A DNA stretch of 64,000 bases from positions 4,709 to 68,708 of the forward strand of contig JACPFA010000025.1 in NCBI GenBank assembly GCA_016183235.1. Reading direction: 5' to 3'. The position numbers and the translations under genes are program-made. The notes below the pieces were generated by a model. The model searched no databases, was not told the DNA's origin, and saw only the letters and a program-made list of their open reading frames with translations. This document shows positions 18,324 to 30,090 of the stretch, in pieces; the stretch's first letter is position 1; every line of letters starts with the position of its first letter. The stretch comes from Deltaproteobacteria bacterium (GTDB lineage Bacteria > UBA10199 > DSSB01 > JACPFA01).

Positions 18324-20267
18324 ATGAAAAGCGGGAAGACATCTTCTTTACTCATCATAGGTGTTATTTTTGTCGTCACATTCGTCACATTTTCAATAGG
18401 GGAAGGGCTTGTTTGGGCGCAACGGACGCTCTGTGGGGGCAGACCTTTGATAGATGATAAAAATGCCTGCACGATTGAAAAGTGTATCAATGGCAAGACA
18501 AAATCCCTCGCAATATTGGTGCCCGATGATCATAACCCTTGCACCATCGACAAATGTGACCCTAAGACAGGCAAATTTTATCATCCGGTTTTAGTTGACG
18601 ATGGGAATGCCTGTACCGTGGATAGCTGTCATAAAGTCAAGGGGATTAGCCACGTGTTGGTACCCGTGGATGATGGAATTTCAGCGACTGAAGATAGTTG
18701 TGATGCTAAAACAGGAAAGATTACGCATCAATTTGCTCCTTGCACCTTCCTTCCTAATGGCAATCCACAACGTTTTGATCCAATCTCCAATAGTTGTAAA
18801 CCGGTTAGTCGTAAAATAGTGAGTTTTGGTTCAAACGGGGTTTGTCTATTAGAAACTAATGGTGAAGTTAAATGTGGCTCTACTGTTACGAAATATAGTG
18901 TTCCGCAATATCCGGCGATTATCACAAGTATAGACAAAAAATCTTTCAAAAAAGTTGAGGCATTGCCACCTATGGTATCCTTGGATGGTAACACCGGAAA
19001 ATATGGCAAAGGTCACGTATGTGGTACAAGTTGGGATGGTTATGTCTACTGTTGGGGAGAGAATAAGAATGGGCAACTTGGTAAAACAGGCCTCACGAAC
19101 GATCTACCATATACCGAAAAAAACGCTTTTGGTATAGAGTATACTGTTACACCCACCACGCGTAGTTTGCCGGCGAAGATTATTGATTTAGATTTACCTA
19201 TGGGAGCCGTTGATGTTTCTCTGGGGAGCACGGCTAGCTTAGCTCTCATGGCCAATGGTGAGCTAGTTGTGTGGGGCGGGTGGGACGATTATAATGGTGC
19301 CGATGCTTTTGGAGTCCATGTTGGGAAAAATCCATCCGGTGTGGGAATGATGCAAGGTTTTGCACAGGCTGTAAATAGCCCCACTTTAAAAGGAGTCATT
19401 GCAGCTTCTTTCGCCAATGTCCATGTAACCAACGAATTAACAAAAGCAATCAACCCAAAACCTGATCATGTATTGTGTGTGATATTGAAGGATCATTCTC
19501 TAAAATGTTTTGGTACAGCCACTTTCTTTTTAGGTGTAGGCCCTGATAGTAATATGTATGATCCCGTATGGTATAATGTTCTTATCCCCTTTGCTGAGAA
19601 CGAGGAAGTGAAGTTGGAGGGACCGATTGAATTTGTAAATGTGTCTTATGGGCCCTTGTCTTATTTTGCTACTGTAAAAGTGCCTCTTCGAACTCATGTC
19701 AGTGTTCTTTCTGGAAATAAAATATATTTCTGGACTCGAGAAGAGGATGGTCAATTCTTAAAGCAGGCTGATCTTAGCCCCTTTGTTGATAGTTCAACAA
19801 AATTTTTACAAGTAGAATGTTATAATGATTGTGATCAGCAGGGCTCTTATAATGAGGCCTATTTTCTTGATGGTTTTGGAAATATAGGGACTATTGATAT
19901 TGCAAAGACATGGGGATTAGAACCCGCTAAGAAAATACGATTTACATTACCAGGTGCCACATGGCTACTAAGTGGGAATTCACTTCTTTGTGCTGTTTCA
20001 CCCACGGAGCTAAAATGTGAATATGATAAAGAACTAGGGCAAGATCAACCCCAACCCGAAAGCATCCCCGAAAGTAATCTAAGCCCTGCTGGTGATGGTA
20101 CGGATGATGCTGACGCGACCCCTGGCGAATCGATGGGGGCCTCGGCTGGCATGCCGCCTGGGAGCGAACAGGGGTCACCAGCTGCGTCCGGTAATCCAGG
20201 CACACCGCCGGACGGTCCGCCCGATGAACCCGATGAAGAGGGGCAGCCCGATATTCCAGCAAATTAG
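18324..20267 (+). CDS. secreted protein with N-terminal Cys-rich repeats, RCC1-like repeats and an acidic Pro/Gly tail
   Basis: Signal or anchor MKSGKTSSLLIIGVIFVVTFV. Four repeats of D-D-x-N-x-C-T-x-D-x-C type. RCC1-like YVYCWGENKNGQLG. The last ~75 aa are low-complexity P/G/D/E. Confidence 0.75.
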   Translation: MKSGKTSSLLIIGVIFVVTFVTFSIGEGLVWAQRTLCGGRPLIDDKNACTIEKCINGKTKSLAILVPDDHNPCTIDKCDPKTGKFYHPVLVDDGNACTVDSCHKVKGISHVLVPVDDGISATEDSCDAKTGKITHQFAPCTFLPNGNPQRFDPISNSCKPVSRKIVSFGSNGVCLLETNGEVKCGSTVTKYSVPQYPAIITSIDKKSFKKVEALPPMVSLDGNTGKYGKGHVCGTSWDGYVYCWGENKNGQLGKTGLTNDLPYTEKNAFGIEYTVTPTTRSLPAKIIDLDLPMGAVDVSLGSTASLALMANGELVVWGGWDDYNGADAFGVHVGKNPSGVGMMQGFAQAVNSPTLKGVIAASFANVHVTNELTKAINPKPDHVLCVILKDHSLKCFGTATFFLGVGPDSNMYDPVWYNVLIPFAENEEVKLEGPIEFVNVSYGPLSYFATVKVPLRTHVSVLSGNKIYFWTREEDGQFLKQADLSPFVDSSTKFLQVECYNDCDQQGSYNEAYFLDGFGNIGTIDIAKTWGLEPAKKIRFTLPGATWLLSGNSLLCAVSPTELKCEYDKELGQDQPQPESIPESNLSPAGDGTDDADATPGESMGASAGMPPGSEQGSPAASGNPGTPPDGPPDEPDEEGQPDIPAN

Positions 20268-20297
20268 CCTCGCTGACGACAATCATCCGGATATTTA

Positions 20298-20326
20298 TTG
20301 ACATCCTGCGTTGGACTTTCATAGTA
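20298..20326 (+). promoter_or_regulatory. candidate sigma70-type promoter for icd
   Basis: TTGACA (20298-20303), 17 nt, ATAGTA (20321-20326), about 35 nt upstream of the icd ATG. Pattern match only. Confidence 0.25.
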
Positions 20327-20360
20327 GGTCCCTTGAAAACATTCATTTCTAGGGAATATT

Positions 20361-21626
20361 ATGGCCGCCTATCAAAAATTAACCCCACCCCAAACCGGAA
20401 CTAAGATTACCATGGGGGCCTCTGGCAAGCTCCAAGTACCGGATGATCCTATCATTCCCTTTATTGAGGGCGATGGCACCGGTCCCGATATTTGGCGGGC
20501 TTCTAAGCGGGTCTTTGATGCGGCCGTTGCCAGGGTTTTTGGGGGGAAAAAGCAAATCGTTTGGTTTGAAATTTATGCGGGTGAAAAGGCCAAGCAATTT
20601 TATGGCGACGCTTGCCCGCCCAACTACCTACCTGAAGATACCTTAGTGGCTATTAAAGAATATAATGTTGCAATCAAAGGCCCCCTTACCACGCCCGTGG
20701 GCAAAGGCATGCGCAGTATTAATGTGGCCCTGCGGCAAGAGCTTGACCTTTATGTTTGTTTGCGGCCCGTGCGGTATTTTAAGGGAGTGCCCTCGCCGGT
20801 TAAACATCCTGATGCCATCGACATGGTGATTTTTAGGGAAAACAGCGAAGACATTTATGCCGGGATTGAGTGGGAAAGGGGTTCCCCCGAAGCTAAGAAA
20901 CTCATCGATTTTTTACAAAAAGAATTGGGAGTTAAAAAAATTCGTTTTCCCGAAAGCTCAGGTATTGGCATTAAACCTGTGTCCGAGGATGGTACCAAGC
21001 GGTTAGTCAGGTCAGCGATTCAATATGCCATCAGTCATCATCGCAAGAGTGTGAGCTTTGTTCACAAAGGTAATATTATGAAATTTACCGAGGGGGCATT
21101 CCGCAATTGGGGCTATGAAGTTGCCAAACAAGAGTTTGGCGATCAAACCGTGGCGTGGGAAGATTGTAAAGGGGTGGTGCCTCAAGGCAAAATCCTCATT
21201 CAAGATGTGATTGCCGATAATTTTTTACAACAAATTCTCACGCGGCCAAAAGAATATGATGTTATTGCAACGCTTAATCTTAATGGCGATTATATTTCTG
21301 ATGCCCTAGCGGCTCAGGTAGGTGGCATCGGTATTGCACCGGGTGGCAATATTAATTACCTCACCGGCAGGGCCGTGTTTGAGGCCACTCATGGCACAGC
21401 CCCTAAATATACCAATCAAGACAAAGTCAACCCAGGCTCGGTGATTTTATCAGGGGCTATGATGTTTGAATATTTGGGTTGGGAAAAAGTGAGCGAGGCC
21501 ATTTATCAAGCCTTGGGCAAGACCATCCAAGATAAAACCGTCACCTATGATTTTGCTCGTTTGATGCAAGATGCAAAAGAAGTCAAATGTTCGGAATTTG
21601 CTAGCGCGATTATTGAGAATCTTTAA
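20361..21626 (+). CDS. icd: NADP-dependent isocitrate dehydrogenase
   Basis: 421 aa, [32 protein letters not shown] and NLNGDYISD are canonical prokaryotic IDH. Confidence 0.95.
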   Translation: MAAYQKLTPPQTGTKITMGASGKLQVPDDPIIPFIEGDGTGPDIWRASKRVFDAAVARVFGGKKQIVWFEIYAGEKAKQFYGDACPPNYLPEDTLVAIKEYNVAIKGPLTTPVGKGMRSINVALRQELDLYVCLRPVRYFKGVPSPVKHPDAIDMVIFRENSEDIYAGIEWERGSPEAKKLIDFLQKELGVKKIRFPESSGIGIKPVSEDGTKRLVRSAIQYAISHHRKSVSFVHKGNIMKFTEGAFRNWGYEVAKQEFGDQTVAWEDCKGVVPQGKILIQDVIADNFLQQILTRPKEYDVIATLNLNGDYISDALAAQVGGIGIAPGGNINYLTGRAVFEATHGTAPKYTNQDKVNPGSVILSGAMMFEYLGWEKVSEAIYQALGKTIQDKTVTYDFARLMQDAKEVKCSEFASAIIENL

Positions 21627-21637
21627 AAACATTTAAA

Positions 21638-22711
<1,074 letters not shown>

Positions 22712-22716
22712 ATTTT

Positions 22717-22961
22717 GTAATGCTTCAGTTTTGGGTGGAGAGTGCCTAGATTGTTTCGTCAGCCGTGCTTTTCACGGCGACCCTCTGTCATTGCGAGGCC
22801 AGCCAGCCGAAGCAATCTCTTCTGTTTAACCGGTGAGATTGCTTCGCCCGTTGGGCTCGCAATGACAGAAAGTCCATACCAGCTAGCCCCATGAGGGTCG
22901 CCGCGAGAAACGCGTCTGACGAAATAACCCGAGCGCTCTCCCTACAAGACTGAAGCATTAC
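22717..22961. mobile_element. long hairpin element LHE-F1 (MITE-like, 245 bp) with 8-bp target-site duplication
   Basis: Terminal inverted repeats GTAATGCTTCAGT / ACTGAAGCATTAC. Flanked by direct TAGATTTT (22709-22716 and 22962-22969). Carries a type A doublet at its centre. Confidence 0.8.
22786..22867. repeat. SPE type A doublet nested in the centre of LHE-F1
   Basis: 82 nt, TGTCATTGCGAGGCCAGCCAGCCGAAGCAATCTC..GAGATTGCTTCGCCCGTTGGGCTCGCAATGACA. About 85% identical to the copy at 43318..43399. Confidence 0.9.
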
Positions 22962-23004
22962 TAGATTTTCCCTTTAATCCTTGAAATATGACAGTTAATA
23001 TGTC

Positions 23005-23283
23005 ATGCTTGGTGTCATGGAAAGAACTAATGCGCTTAAAATGCGGCAAAATTTAGGTAAAGTCTTAAAAAGATTACGCTTAATTGGGAAACCCATTTTG
23101 GTAGAACAAAATCGTAAACCCGTGGCTGCGCTGATTAGCCTCGAGGACTATCAAAAAAGATTTGTGGATATAGAAGCTGACCAAAAACGAGAGGCCCTTG
23201 TCCAAGAAATTAAAAGGGCTAAACTTCAATTACCTTCGGGGAAATCTTCCCTTGATTTAATCCGGGAGTTAAGAGGGTCATGA
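23005..23283 (+). CDS. Phd/YefM-type antitoxin
   Basis: 92 aa (may start at M5). KPILVEQNRKPVAALISLEDYQ is the typical Phd/YefM core. ATGA overlap with the PIN gene. Confidence 0.8.
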   Translation: MLGVMERTNALKMRQNLGKVLKRLRLIGKPILVEQNRKPVAALISLEDYQKRFVDIEADQKREALVQEIKRAKLQLPSGKSSLDLIRELRGS

Positions 23284-23687
23284 TTTCCATTATTGATGCT
23301 TCTGTGGCTATCAAATGGTTTGTTGAAGACGAAATTAATAAAAATAAATCTTTAAAGATTTTAGATGAAATAAAATCTTCACCCACTGATTTTGCCGTAC
23401 CAGAACTTTTTTTCAATGAAATGCTAGCTGTTTTTTGTCGCCTCGTTGATGAGGCGAAGAAAATCCAAACCTATCTTGAGGTGCTAGAAAATTTAGGTTG
23501 GGCAAGACTCGACAATGGCCATGAGACCTTAAAAAAAGCCGCTGAGTTAGCCAAAAAATATAAAATTACCGGTTACGATGCTATCTATGTGGCTAATGCT
23601 TATTTAGTCAAAGGCCGCTGGATTACCGCCGATCAAGAAGCGCACAAAAAGATTGCTTCTTTGAGCATATCAAAGATATTAGGTTAA
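23280..23687 (+). CDS. vapC: PIN domain toxin
   Basis: 135 aa. N-terminal IIDASVAIKW, later E and D (GYDAIYVANA) in a PIN-like arrangement. Confidence 0.85.
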   Translation: MISIIDASVAIKWFVEDEINKNKSLKILDEIKSSPTDFAVPELFFNEMLAVFCRLVDEAKKIQTYLEVLENLGWARLDNGHETLKKAAELAKKYKITGYDAIYVANAYLVKGRWITADQEAHKKIASLSISKILG

Positions 23688-23690
23688 GTT

Positions 23691-24104
23691 ATGTCGGTCA
23701 ATATCAAACAACTAGAAGCTTTGTGTAAAAATACTTTAGGCACGACCTTAGGGATGGAAATCCTCGAGGCCGAGATGGGCAAGGTCGTTGTGACCATGCC
23801 GGTGGGGCCTAAGGTGCATCAGCCCTTTGGGATTTTACATGGGGGTGCCTCGGTGGCCTTGGCCGAAAGTGCAGCAAGCTTGGGTGCATGCTTGAGTTTA
23901 GATTTAGAAAAGCAGCGAGCCGTAGGGATTGAAATCAATGCCAATCACATCAAATCCAAGCAAGACGGTACTTTGAAAGCAACAGCCGTGCCCGTGCATT
24001 TGGGTAAATCCACTCAAGTGTGGGAAATTAAAATCGTTGATGAAAAAGGCACGCTGATTTGCATTTCTCGCTGCACCTTGGCGGTTATTTCCACCGAAAA
24101 ATAA
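23691..24104 (+). CDS. PaaI/YbdB-type hotdog-fold thioesterase
   Basis: 137 aa with the characteristic GILHGGASVALAESAAS segment. Confidence 0.85.
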   Translation: MSVNIKQLEALCKNTLGTTLGMEILEAEMGKVVVTMPVGPKVHQPFGILHGGASVALAESAASLGACLSLDLEKQRAVGIEINANHIKSKQDGTLKATAVPVHLGKSTQVWEIKIVDEKGTLICISRCTLAVISTEK

Positions 24105-24124
24105 ATTTTGCCCTGAACGAAAGC

Positions 24125-25327
24125 TTACATAAAAAGGCTTAAAAATTTTTCAACATTGATGATGCGAATTCCTGAAGGAAGATCAACTTTGTCGATGTTT
24201 TTTAAGGTTAATTGAATAGCCTTAGCTTTAGGAAAGAGACGATGCATTTTGATGAGAGCGGGTGAAAGCGCTAGATCATTGGATTTGCATTCTACCAGCA
24301 TCCAAGGTTCTCCTTTTTTCGTGATGCAGAAATCAATTTCTAATTTATCTAGGGTGCGGATGTAATACAAATCGTAGGTCCCTACAGCACAGTCGGTCCA
24401 AAAATGGCATGCTTTTAAGAGGTGGAGCGCAACAACATTTTCTAGTTTTGCCCCATCCGATTTGATGTCTATCCAATCATAGAGATAATACTTTGATTCT
24501 TTGACAAGGCTACGGGCAATTTTTTTATGATAGGGGGGTATTTGAAAACAGATATACAAGTTTTTTAAGATTTCGATCCAATCCCTTAAGACTGAATATG
24601 AAATTTGCAAGTCTTCCCGCAAACTATTGATAGACAACGGGCTGCCAATTTTTTCTGGTAAAATTTCAATCAGGATACGCATTAATTGTAGTTCGCGAAT
24701 GTTTTTAAAATCGCGAATATCTTCTCGGAGGAGCCGTTCTTTGCGTAAGCGAGACCAACGTTCGGCTTGCCCTGCATTGCTCTGTAACAGAGGGTCAGGA
24801 AAACCTGTAAGTTGTAACAGATCTTTTAAAGGGTAATTGATTTTATTAGGCTCTAAGTTTTCTGGATTCATAGTAGGGGTGGCTGTTTCGCTAACGGTAA
24901 AAGGATATAAGCGATAGGGATAATAACGACCCAATAGACTATCACCACCTTTTTGATACAGATCAAGCCTTGCCGAACCGGTAATAATAAAATTAAATTT
25001 ATCTTTGTGCTTGTCATACATCCCTTTAAGGGTTTTCTTCCAAAAACGATATTTGTGGATTTCATCGATGACCACAGGCCCGGGGTGGGCAGGGTTGAGG
25101 GCTGATTCGGGGTTTTTGACCCATGCCTTGGCAAAGGCAGCATCATCCCAGTTAAAATAATTTTCTGAATTCGTCAGTAATTCTTGCGCCAGGCTTGTTT
25201 TGCCTACCTGTCTGGGCCCCGAGATAAAGGCCATTTTTTGGCTGGTTAAGGCATCTTGTTGAATAGGGCTGGTTAAATAGCGATGAAGCACATTTGATAA
25301 TTTATCGGAATAACGATAAATTATCAA
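24125..25327 (-). CDS. AAA ATPase with C-terminal DUF4143-like domain
   Basis: Walker A GPRQVGKTSLA, Walker B VVIDEIH, C-terminal ..LEIDFCI..LVECKS. Apparent TTG start lies inside a tandem palindromic repeat. Confidence 0.85.
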   Translation of the reverse strand: MIIYRYSDKLSNVLHRYLTSPIQQDALTSQKMAFISGPRQVGKTSLAQELLTNSENYFNWDDAAFAKAWVKNPESALNPAHPGPVVIDEIHKYRFWKKTLKGMYDKHKDKFNFIITGSARLDLYQKGGDSLLGRYYPYRLYPFTVSETATPTMNPENLEPNKINYPLKDLLQLTGFPDPLLQSNAGQAERWSRLRKERLLREDIRDFKNIRELQLMRILIEILPEKIGSPLSINSLREDLQISYSVLRDWIEILKNLYICFQIPPYHKKIARSLVKESKYYLYDWIDIKSDGAKLENVVALHLLKACHFWTDCAVGTYDLYYIRTLDKLEIDFCITKKGEPWMLVECKSNDLALSPALIKMHRLFPKAKAIQLTLKNIDKVDLPSGIRIINVEKFLSLFM

Positions 25328-25357
25328 GATAATTTATCGGAATAACGATAAATTATC
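25296..25357. repeat. tandem duplication (period 32) of a 30-bp palindromic unit
   Basis: GATAATTTATCGgaataaCGATAAATTATC at 25296-25325 and again at 25328-25357. Copy 1 encodes the first codons of the ATPase. Confidence 0.9.
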
Positions 25358-25423
25358 GAATACTTCAATGTAAATATATCGAAAGGGTTGACCAACAAAA
25401 ATCAGCATGCTACGGCAGGTCAG

Positions 25424-26583
<1,160 letters not shown>

Positions 26584-26591
26584 TATGAAAA

Positions 26592-26651
26592 GGAAGATTG
26601 CCACCCCGGCTCGGGGGCCGGGGCAGGCTTGGGGCTCGGCTCGCAATGACA
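26592..26651. repeat. hybrid SPE half-unit (A termini, B-like interior)
   Basis: GGAAGATTGCCACCCCGGCTCGGGGGCCGGGGCAGGCTTGGGGCTCGGCTCGCAATGACA in the sucC-sucD gap. Confidence 0.75.
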
Positions 26652-26661
26652 GATTTATATT

Positions 26662-27537
26662 ATGAGCGTACTGGTTAATAAAAATACTCGTGTTGTAACC
26701 CAAGGCATTACCGGGAGTACGGGCCAATTTCATACTCGGGCGTGCAAAGAATATGGCACTCAAATGGTGGCAGGCGTTACCCCTGGTAAAGGCGGCCAAA
26801 ATTTTGAAGGCATTCCCATTTTTAATTCGGTCATTGAGGCCAAAGAAAAAACTGGGGCCAATGTCTCGGTGATTTATGTGCCGCCGCCTTTTTCAGCCGA
26901 TGCCATTATGGAAGCTGTTGATGCCGATTTAGATTTAGTGATTTGTATTACTGAAGGCATTCCGGTTTTAGACATGGTGAAGGTTAAGCGCTTTATGCAA
27001 GACAAGCGCACTCGGTTAGTGGGGCCTAATTGCCCAGGGGTGATTACGCCTGGGGAATGCAAGATTGGCATTATGCCAGGGGCCATTCATAAACCAGGTA
27101 ACATTGGAGTGGTGTCGCGCAGTGGGACTTTGACTTATGAAGCAGTTTATCAGCTCACCCAATTGGGCCTAGGGCAATCGACTTGCATTGGTATTGGGGG
27201 CGACCCGGTGAATGGCACCAACTTTATTGACTGCTTAAAATTATTTAACGAAGATCCAAAAACTGAGGCCATCGTGATGATTGGGGAAATTGGTGGCAGT
27301 GCTGAAGAAGAAGCCGCCCTTTACATTAGGCAGAATGTTAAGAAACCGGTGGTGAGTTTTATTGCGGGGATGACTGCGCCTCCCGGCAAACGCATGGGCC
27401 ATGCGGGTGCTATCATTTCGGGTGGGAAGGGCACTGCGAAAGAAAAGATTGCCGCGTTAGAAGCCGCAGGGATTAAAGTAGCCAAGTCGCCGGCAGAAAT
27501 TGGGAAAACTTTATCAATGTCATTGCGAGGCCAGTAG
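26662..27537 (+). CDS. sucD: succinyl-CoA synthetase alpha subunit
   Basis: 291 aa, [27 protein letters not shown]. The last codons (..SMSLRGQ*) are encoded by a type A repeat. Confidence 0.95.
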   Translation: MSVLVNKNTRVVTQGITGSTGQFHTRACKEYGTQMVAGVTPGKGGQNFEGIPIFNSVIEAKEKTGANVSVIYVPPPFSADAIMEAVDADLDLVICITEGIPVLDMVKVKRFMQDKRTRLVGPNCPGVITPGECKIGIMPGAIHKPGNIGVVSRSGTLTYEAVYQLTQLGLGQSTCIGIGGDPVNGTNFIDCLKLFNEDPKTEAIVMIGEIGGSAEEEAALYIRQNVKKPVVSFIAGMTAPPGKRMGHAGAIISGGKGTAKEKIAALEAAGIKVAKSPAEIGKTLSMSLRGQ

Positions 27538-27630
27538 GCCGAAGCAATCTTCTGTTTTATCTGCAGAATAAAATGGAAGATTCGGAGTTTATCCAGAGCG
27601 AAGCGAAGGACCTCTGGGCTCTGAATGACA
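27518..27630. repeat. chimeric SPE doublet (type A half + type C half)
   Basis: TGTCATTGCGAGGCCAGTAGGCCGAAGCAATCTTC ..loop.. GGAAGATTCGGAGTTTATCCAGAGCGAAGCGAAGGACCTCTGGGCTCTGAATGACA. Spans the sucD 3' end to just upstream of the ndk RBS. Confidence 0.85.
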
Positions 27631-27641
27631 AAAGGAGCTTT

Positions 27642-28061
27642 ATGTCACTCGAACAAACTCTTTCAATTATCAAACCCGACGGGATTGAAAAAAATATCAT
27701 TGGTCAAGTCATTACTCGGTTTGAAAAAGCCGGCCTTCGCATTGCAGCTGCTAAAATGATCAAAATGGACAAGGTGCAAGCCGAAGGTTTTTACGACGTG
27801 CACCGAGGCAAACCTTTTTTTGATAGTTTGGTTAAATTCATGACCCGTGGGCATATTGTGGTGATGGTATTAGAAGGTGAAAATGCCGTGGCCAAAAATC
27901 GTGAAGTGATGGGGGCTACGAATCCCGCCCAGGCTGCACCTGGTACAATTCGCAAAGACTTTGCGACCAACATTGAAGAGAACACCGTGCATGGTTCCGA
28001 CTCACCCGAAAACGCAGTTAAAGAAATCGCCTATTTTTTTGATAAAAAAGAAATTTTCTAA
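27642..28061 (+). CDS. ndk: nucleoside diphosphate kinase
   Basis: Start set at ATG 27642 (AGGAG 5 nt upstream), [14 protein letters not shown].., NTVHGSDS active-site region. The upstream ORF extension is repeat-derived. Confidence 0.95.
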   Translation: MSLEQTLSIIKPDGIEKNIIGQVITRFEKAGLRIAAAKMIKMDKVQAEGFYDVHRGKPFFDSLVKFMTRGHIVVMVLEGENAVAKNREVMGATNPAQAAPGTIRKDFATNIEENTVHGSDSPENAVKEIAYFFDKKEIF

Positions 28062-28069
28062 ATAAAAAA

Positions 28070-28100
28070 GCCGCTAAGGTTTGCCCTTAACGGCTTTTCA
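28070..28100. terminator. candidate bidirectional rho-independent terminator
   Basis: GCCGCTAAGG tttgc CCTTAACGGC followed by TTTT, preceded by AAAAAA. Lies between the convergent ndk and lipoprotein genes. Confidence 0.5.
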
Positions 28101-28123
28101 AATTTCACTGTATGAACTGATTG

Positions 28124-29506
28124 TTAAGGGGGGCCGCCTTGGCTAGCAAAAATGGCTTGTTTGGCAGCATTTATTTCGCTGTCACCCCAGCACAAATCAA
28201 AGTTGGGATCATCAAAATCATTACAAGATTGTTGCAAGGCTTGCATAGCAAGCATGGCCTCTTGAGTTTGAGTCATGGTTACCTCAATGTCCGCTGTTAC
28301 ACTGCAGGACACATCCGTAAGGTCAACCGCGGGAGCTTCAGGCGAGGTGCTTAGGAATGAGTCGGTTGAAAAGTCTAGGGCACTGACTGTATTCACGATA
28401 TCCATGATAACGTTGCTGGCATACATAGGCCCATTCGTATCGGTATCATTCCACTCCATACCACCTTCTGCACTCCATGTTTCAGTACCACCACCACCGC
28501 TGGTCTTGAAGGCAGCCGTTAAAAATCGGACGTTGCTGAGTTCGGTACCCGTATAAGTAGAGATAATATAAACTTTGTTGGTATTGGTTTGACTTTGTTG
28601 AACGTGGGAGTCTTTGGCTTTCAAGCTTAGAGTACCATCGGAAACGGTCATTTGAACGTTGAAGAGGTTCGTGTTGCCATCCCAACTTCCCGAGTTAAGT
28701 AAGGTCAGGGTTTTGTCTGCTGTAGGGTCATAGACAAAGGTACCGCCCGAGTTGGCGATTTTCCCACTAAAGCTAATGGTGGCGTTGAATTGATCTTCGT
28801 TGTGTTCAGATGTTTGAGTGATCGCCCCGGTTGTTTTGTCTACGGTGACACTTTCTAAGCCACGGGGGTTAGTTTCGCCTTGACTACAGAACCAAACATC
28901 AAATTTATATTGATTAGCAACAGAGTTAGTCCCATAGACTTTGAAATAGATATCTTGGGAACCTCCTTGTCCACCCTCTGTTACCCCGGCTACTTTAATG
29001 TGGCGGTCATCTGCTTGTTGGTCAAAAATTGTGAGGGGGTCATCCAAGGTTCCGCTGGATAAGGTGAAAATCCCGGTGGAGGGTGCTCCCTGCATCATAC
29101 ATAAGGTCATGCCCATGTTGCTGATTAAAGCAAAGGTCTGGCCGGCCCCTTGTATGGTTTGGCATTTACCTTCGCCTACCCAAAACTCATTCTGATCGGC
29201 TTCACTCACTGAGCCAGATTGGGCAGCCACACTGGCTAAAAACCCATCTTCGAAGAAGTGAGGCTCAGGGGTTAAAGCTGTAAAGAGGGCAGGTGTGCCA
29301 CTGACCGCGGTGGCGATATCAGCCGAGACTGAAGAAGACCCCGAACTGGTGGCAACCATGGTCGAGTTATCCGGCAAGTCACTCAAACTGTTGAGGCTTG
29401 ATAAATCGCTGTCAGAGCTGCTGCTACTTCCGCCGCCACAGGCGACCATCAGTGTTGAAATAAAAAATAGAAATAATGATAAACCGCTGTGAATGAACCG
29501 TTTCAT
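28124..29506 (-). CDS. lipoprotein, function unknown
   Basis: 460 aa with lipobox LMVAC followed by a GGGSSSSSDS linker. No recognisable domain. Confidence 0.7.
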   Translation of the reverse strand: MKRFIHSGLSLFLFFISTLMVACGGGSSSSSDSDLSSLNSLSDLPDNSTMVATSSGSSSVSADIATAVSGTPALFTALTPEPHFFEDGFLASVAAQSGSVSEADQNEFWVGEGKCQTIQGAGQTFALISNMGMTLCMMQGAPSTGIFTLSSGTLDDPLTIFDQQADDRHIKVAGVTEGGQGGSQDIYFKVYGTNSVANQYKFDVWFCSQGETNPRGLESVTVDKTTGAITQTSEHNEDQFNATISFSGKIANSGGTFVYDPTADKTLTLLNSGSWDGNTNLFNVQMTVSDGTLSLKAKDSHVQQSQTNTNKVYIISTYTGTELSNVRFLTAAFKTSGGGGTETWSAEGGMEWNDTDTNGPMYASNVIMDIVNTVSALDFSTDSFLSTSPEAPAVDLTDVSCSVTADIEVTMTQTQEAMLAMQALQQSCNDFDDPNFDLCWGDSEINAAKQAIFASQGGPP

Positions 29507-29730
29507 TGCAGACCCCCCATTAAAGATAGGATTATTTTGACCTGTCTCTAGGTAGGTGCAATTTCGGGGCCAAAAATGAAATGATTGAAATCATTAAGGA
29601 ATTAGGGAATACGTTCTGAGTCAAGGGGTGGTTTTTTACTCAGGTTCTAATCTAACTTACTAAAATAATTCATTTTTTCAATTTTAACCCCCTGTGTAAA
29701 AAAGAACCCATTCCACCATGGGGCGAGATA

Positions 29731-29747
29731 AGTGGGAATTTCCCACT
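29731..29747. promoter_or_regulatory. 17-bp perfect palindrome, candidate TA operator
   Basis: AGTGGGAA-T-TTCCCACT, 44 nt upstream of the antitoxin ATG. A half-site-like AATTTCCC recurs at 29753-29760. Confidence 0.35.
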
Positions 29748-29790
29748 TGATAAATTTCCCTATTAGGGTAATATCCAACTAAGGTGAAGT

Positions 29791-30090
29791 ATGAATTTAC
29801 TGGGACAGAGTGATTTTAGGGAAGTTGCCGAAGTAAAAGCGGATTCTAAAAATAGGATTTCTTTAGGCCGCAAGGTGCGATCTACTTCAAAGCACTATCG
29901 AGTTTATCAAGATTTTTCGACGGGGAAAATTCTTTTAGAACCATTGATTGTTGTTCCTCTTTCAGAGCCTTGGCTTGAAACCCATCCCAAGGCAAAGGCA
30001 TCCGTTGAGCGCGGCCTTGCTCAGGCTAAAGCAGGGCGATTGGTCAAGGCTAAAGAAGATTTTTCAAAATATCTTAGTGATTCCGAATGA
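29791..30090 (+). CDS. AbrB/SpoVT-like antitoxin (tentative)
   Basis: 99 aa. ..VKADSKNRISLGRK..YRVYQDFSTGKILLEP resembles looped-hinge-helix antitoxins. ATGA overlap with the downstream toxin-like gene. Confidence 0.55.
   Translation: MNLLGQSDFREVAEVKADSKNRISLGRKVRSTSKHYRVYQDFSTGKILLEPLIVVPLSEPWLETHPKAKASVERGLAQAKAGRLVKAKEDFSKYLSDSE

Noticed and set aside
18109-18327. 72-aa ORF between the nuclease gene and the RCC1-like gene
   Set aside because: It has a GTG start, no RBS, no motif, and it overlaps the start of the following gene. It is most likely non-coding leader.
27573-27641. 23-codon N-terminal extension of ndk ([23 protein letters not shown])
   Set aside because: It is read from the type C half-unit. 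A good AGGAG precedes the internal ATG, which gives the canonical Ndk N-terminus.
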